Shown here one piece after another: positions 33,869-36,138 of a DNA stretch of 36,138 nucleotides. Origin of the DNA: a virus. The DNA is taken from the UHGV virus genome UHGV-0014975; one strand, written 5' to 3'. The notes under the pieces were generated by a model. It was not told the origin of the DNA. It searched no databases and saw only the letters and a program-made list of their open reading frames with translations. Position numbers and translations under genes: made by a program. Position 1 is the first letter of the stretch; the number at the start of each line of letters is the position of its first letter.

Positions 33869-34774
33869 TTGGCTAGAGAAGTTGTTGTACCTACAAAATT
33901 TACAAAATACGCTTTAAATGAATTTTTAGGAAATATTATTTCCGAAAATCTAGAACCTTTAGATGATACATATATTATAGATCTGACTCGTTTAGAATTT
34001 ATTGACACAGGTGGAGTAGCCTGTTTATACAATATCTGCATGTGGTTAACTGAAGCTGCTTCAGTAGTGGCGACATTTAAAATTAGTAACATTAATACAA
34101 CATACAAAAATAAAGAGGCTATGCGTTATCTTGAAGACTGCGGTTTTTTTTCTCATTTTTTTGACGAAGAGCATATTTTTGGACTTGGAAATTTAAGATC
34201 TACAACATTACCGATTAAATTGTTGAAAGTATCTGATAGTTATCAATGGAATCAATTGACACTGAAAAGTTGGTTGCAAAATTGCACTAAAAGAAATGCA
34301 GAATTTTCTAATATACAAGTTGGAATCGAAGAAATTTTTAATAATATTGAAGACCATTCATCGAAAAACATAGGATGTGTCTTTGGGCAATTTTTTCCAA
34401 GAAGAAAGGATAACCAAATATGTATAACTATCTCGGATTTCGGACGTGGAATTCCAACTGTTATGAGAGAAACCTTCGGAAATCACAATGATTTACATTT
34501 ATTGCTTAAGGCATTAGAAGAAGGAGTTTCGACGAAATCAACTCCAAGAAACAGAGGTGCGGGATTACCTAATATTATGCGAAGTTTGACCACTGCAAGA
34601 GTTGGTACTGTACATATCCTATCAAATCATGCTAAGGTTATTATAGAGGATGGAAAAATCTCCAAGGTTTTTAGTCTTCAAAACTATTATCCAGGTACTT
34701 TTTTCGAGGTATCAATCAATGTAGATAACGATAAGTTATATGAGGGAGAAGAAGAGGAGGAATTCGAATGGTAA
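33869..34774 (+). CDS. Fusion protein: N-terminal STAS-like (anti-sigma-antagonist-like) domain plus C-terminal GHKL/HATPase_c (RsbW/SpoIIAB-like Ser/Thr kinase) domain
   Basis: TTG start 6 nt after AGGAG. N-domain YIIDLTRLEFIDTGGVACLYNI aligns to the SpoIIAA/RsbV STAS core (L..L.F.DSSGlgvL), with Thr47 at the phospho-Ser position. C-domain has the N-box EEIFNNIEDHSS (~34346), G1 ITISDFGRGIP (~34481) and G2 NRGAGLPNIMRSL (~34610). Very AT-rich; own promoter-like region 33790..33860. Confidence 0.6.
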   Translation: MAREVVVPTKFTKYALNEFLGNIISENLEPLDDTYIIDLTRLEFIDTGGVACLYNICMWLTEAASVVATFKISNINTTYKNKEAMRYLEDCGFFSHFFDEEHIFGLGNLRSTTLPIKLLKVSDSYQWNQLTLKSWLQNCTKRNAEFSNIQVGIEEIFNNIEDHSSKNIGCVFGQFFPRRKDNQICITISDFGRGIPTVMRETFGNHNDLHLLLKALEEGVSTKSTPRNRGAGLPNIMRSLTTARVGTVHILSNHAKVIIEDGKISKVFSLQNYYPGTFFEVSINVDNDKLYEGEEEEEFEW

Positions 34775-35061
34775 AAGTTAACTTATTAAATGATTTGAAA
34801 ACTTTTTCGACAAATGATGATGGCGATGTCTTATTTGAGATTTTAAGAAAAAATTTAGATGCTGGAAATAAAGTTGTAGTATCATTCGAAGGTGTCCACG
34901 GACTGAATTCTTCTTTTGTGAATTCAGCGTTTATTCGGCTACTTGACTTATATTCGTTTGATTTCATAAAAAAAAATGTAGGTTTTGAATCTACAAACAA
35001 ACAAATAAATCAATTAATTTTAAGTAGGTTCAAATTTGAAACTTCTAAATGTACAGCTTGA
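34768..35061 (+). CDS. Small STAS-like (DUF4325-type) protein, translationally coupled partner of the STAS-GHKL protein
   Basis: ATG overlaps the upstream stop (ATGgTAA), RBS GAGGAGGAA; 97 aa; ...DAGNKVVVSFEGVHGLNSSFVNSAFIRLLD resembles STAS/DUF4325 cores. Confidence 0.55.
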   Translation: MVKVNLLNDLKTFSTNDDGDVLFEILRKNLDAGNKVVVSFEGVHGLNSSFVNSAFIRLLDLYSFDFIKKNVGFESTNKQINQLILSRFKFETSKCTA

Positions 35062-35083
35062 AAAGATATAGATAATGAAAAAA

Positions 35084-35111
35084 GACCCTAGCTCACGCTA
35101 AGGTCTTTTTT
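35084..35111. terminator. Bidirectional rho-independent terminator between convergent operons
   Basis: AAAAAA-GACCCTAGC-tcac-GCTAAGGTC-TTTTTT (9-bp stem with one mismatch, flanked by A-run and T-run). Confidence 0.65.
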
Positions 35112-35357
35112 CATTGCTTCAAATTCAATCATAATCTTTGTTTTTCCAATCACCGAATACTTCTTCACAACAAATTGCTTACGATCGTTAAACTCCCCAG
35201 CCACAACAATCTGCATTCCTTCGTCCACATCAGCTAAAAAGTTGAGACTGTGTGCAGCAATCAGACAATTCACACCATCAATCGAGAACCGAACCAAAGG
35301 GGTCCTCGACATTTTCAGCACTCGTACCTTCGAAACTACACCTTTCAATGATTTCAC
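35088..35357 (-). CDS. Hypothetical protein (89 aa; true start possibly Met16 at 35312)
   Basis: Last gene of the minus-strand operon, ends inside the terminator stem. Overlaps the upstream ORF by 80 nt in another frame. Confidence 0.4.
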   Translation of the reverse strand: MKSLKGVVSKVRVLKMSRTPLVRFSIDGVNCLIAAHSLNFLADVDEGMQIVVAGEFNDRKQFVVKKYSVIGKTKIMIEFEAMKKDLSVS

Positions 35358-35544
35358 AGTAATCGCCTCCGTATCGTTGTATATAGTAACTATAATCAGT
35401 TTTGCCTAACGTTAGATTGACATAATGCTCAACGCAACGAGTTCCAAAAACACACTCTTGAGATTCGGATATAGAATCCGGAAACTCTTCTAGAAACTCT
35501 GAATAAGAAATATAGCCCTGCTCATACTGACTGATTACATTCAT
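35278..35544 (-). CDS. Hypothetical Cys-rich small protein (88 aa)
   Basis: Start overlaps the YolD-like gene stop by 4 nt (translational coupling); several Cys (CVFGTRCVEH...YCEIIERC). Confidence 0.4.
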   Translation of the reverse strand: MNVISQYEQGYISYSEFLEEFPDSISESQECVFGTRCVEHYVNLTLGKTDYSYYIQRYGGDYCEIIERCSFEGTSAENVEDPFGSVLD

Positions 35545-35912
35545 GAGAGATCAAACCATTTCAATTCTCCTTGATAAAATTCTACATTTCGAATTTCCTC
35601 ATATTCAACGAGAGTAGAATCAACGTAAATTCCTATTTCATTATGCCCAGAAAGGCGGCCTACAATGTCCGGCATGAATTTGTCATTCTGTGTATAGTTA
35701 AGCTGAACAGCAATCTTTTTATTTTTCAAAAGAACCTCTTGTAAGAATTCTCCAATCTCTTCAATTTCCATTTCCGGTTTAGGTGGGTAAGTGTATGCTC
35801 GTTCTTCTTCAACTTTATTTACACTTGTTGTATGTTCAGATAAAAAGAAGCCCATCCATTTTAATTTTTTCCGGTCCTCGTAAGGTTTAATCATTCCCAT
35901 AACTATCATCAC
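35541..35912 (-). CDS. YolD-like protein (UmuD-analogue family of Gram-positive bacteria)
   Basis: 123 aa; KLKWMGFFLSEHTTSV and ...IAVQLNYTQNDKFMPDIVGRLSGHNEIGIYVDS match the conserved YolD-like pattern (KW.pF...E...; v.i.y......G.v..id). Cheo box in its promoter. Confidence 0.55.
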   Translation of the reverse strand: MMIVMGMIKPYEDRKKLKWMGFFLSEHTTSVNKVEEERAYTYPPKPEMEIEEIGEFLQEVLLKNKKIAVQLNYTQNDKFMPDIVGRLSGHNEIGIYVDSTLVEYEEIRNVEFYQGELKWFDLS

Positions 35913-35924
35913 TCCTCACGGAAA

Positions 35925-35952
35925 TTATAAGAACGTTTGTTCGTTTTGTAAA
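35925..35952 (-). promoter_or_regulatory. SOS-type promoter with LexA (Cheo) box for the YolD-like operon
   Basis: On the minus strand: TTTACA (-35, 35947..35952), 16-nt spacer, TATAAT (-10, 35925..35930). The spacer contains AGAACGTTTGTTCG (35930..35943), matching the Gram-positive LexA consensus CGAAC-N4-GTTCG in 13 of 14 positions. Confidence 0.6.
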
Positions 35953-35968
35953 GCGAACAGATTATTAA

Positions 35969-35987
35969 TTCCCACATTCTTCCCACA
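35969..35987. repeat. attR core (direct repeat TTCCCACATTCTTCCCACA)
   Basis: Exact 19-bp copy of 93..111; the sequence beyond it is AT-rich non-phage DNA. Confidence 0.75.
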
Positions 35988-36138
35988 AAAAATTTAAAAT
36001 AATATAATATTCTATAAAACAAAATAACTCTATATAAAATGATAGATAGAGATAATTCACTGTAGTAGCAATGCCTATAAACGATCATATAAATTCGGAT
36101 AAGAGTAGAGAAAAGAGTATAAAAATGGGTGATCTCAA

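Larger units (their letters stand above)
93..35987. mobile_element. Complete integrated temperate siphovirus-type prophage (~35.9 kb)
   Basis: Integrase at the left end, lysis cassette near the right end, full lysogeny-replication-packaging-head-tail-lysis gene order, and identical 19-bp direct repeats at both ends. Confidence 0.85.

Noticed and set aside
33844-35000. Minus-strand ORFs 33844..34107 and 34716..35000
   Set aside because: Antisense to the STAS-GHKL and DUF4325-like genes, which have RBSs, translational coupling and recognisable motifs; AT-richness generates long spurious frames

Overview
The window is almost entirely one integrated temperate siphovirus-type prophage (~35.9 kb, 93..35987) of a low-GC Gram-positive host (Bacilli; Listeria/Enterococcus-like gene content such as ArpU, a Lin1244-type replication protein and SPP1/PSA-like morphogenesis genes). 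It is bounded by a 19-bp direct repeat (TTCCCACATTCTTCCCACA) at 93..111 and 35969..35987, and sits immediately after a host gene end and its terminator (1..89). Gene order left to right is as follows. (1) Lysogeny module on the minus strand: tyrosine integrase, a 545-aa SIR2_2-domain protein, a lipoprotein, an ImmA-like protein and a cI-like repressor, then a three-operator switch region and cro on the plus strand. (2) Early genes: an HTH/Xis-like protein, a YqaJ exonuclease plus RecT pair, a Lin1244/DnaD-type replication protein, RusA, a compact divergent C5-cytosine-methyltransferase-like protein, small acidic or zinc-ribbon proteins, and an ArpU-family late regulator. (3) A structured intergenic region with a phage-encoded tRNA-Lys(UUU), then an AT-rich membrane-protein moron with its own terminator. 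(4) Packaging and morphogenesis: TerS, TerL, portal, MuF-like minor head protein, scaffold, a major capsid protein with a -1 programmed-frameshift Big_2 (Ig-like) extension, connector proteins, a major tail protein with a +1 programmed-frameshift FN3 extension, two chaperones, a 1163-aa tape measure protein, Dit, a tail protein with a C-terminal SGNH esterase, and a Tal-like protein carrying five 11-residue HxH repeats. (5) Holin and endolysin. (6) A very AT-rich post-lysis moron region holding a translationally coupled two-gene module (a STAS-like domain fused to a GHKL/HATPase_c kinase-like domain, plus a small DUF4325/STAS-like protein), which is the best candidate for an undescribed system, followed by a convergent minus-strand YolD-like operon whose promoter contains a Cheo/LexA box. 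No CRISPR array, rRNA or transposase was seen.
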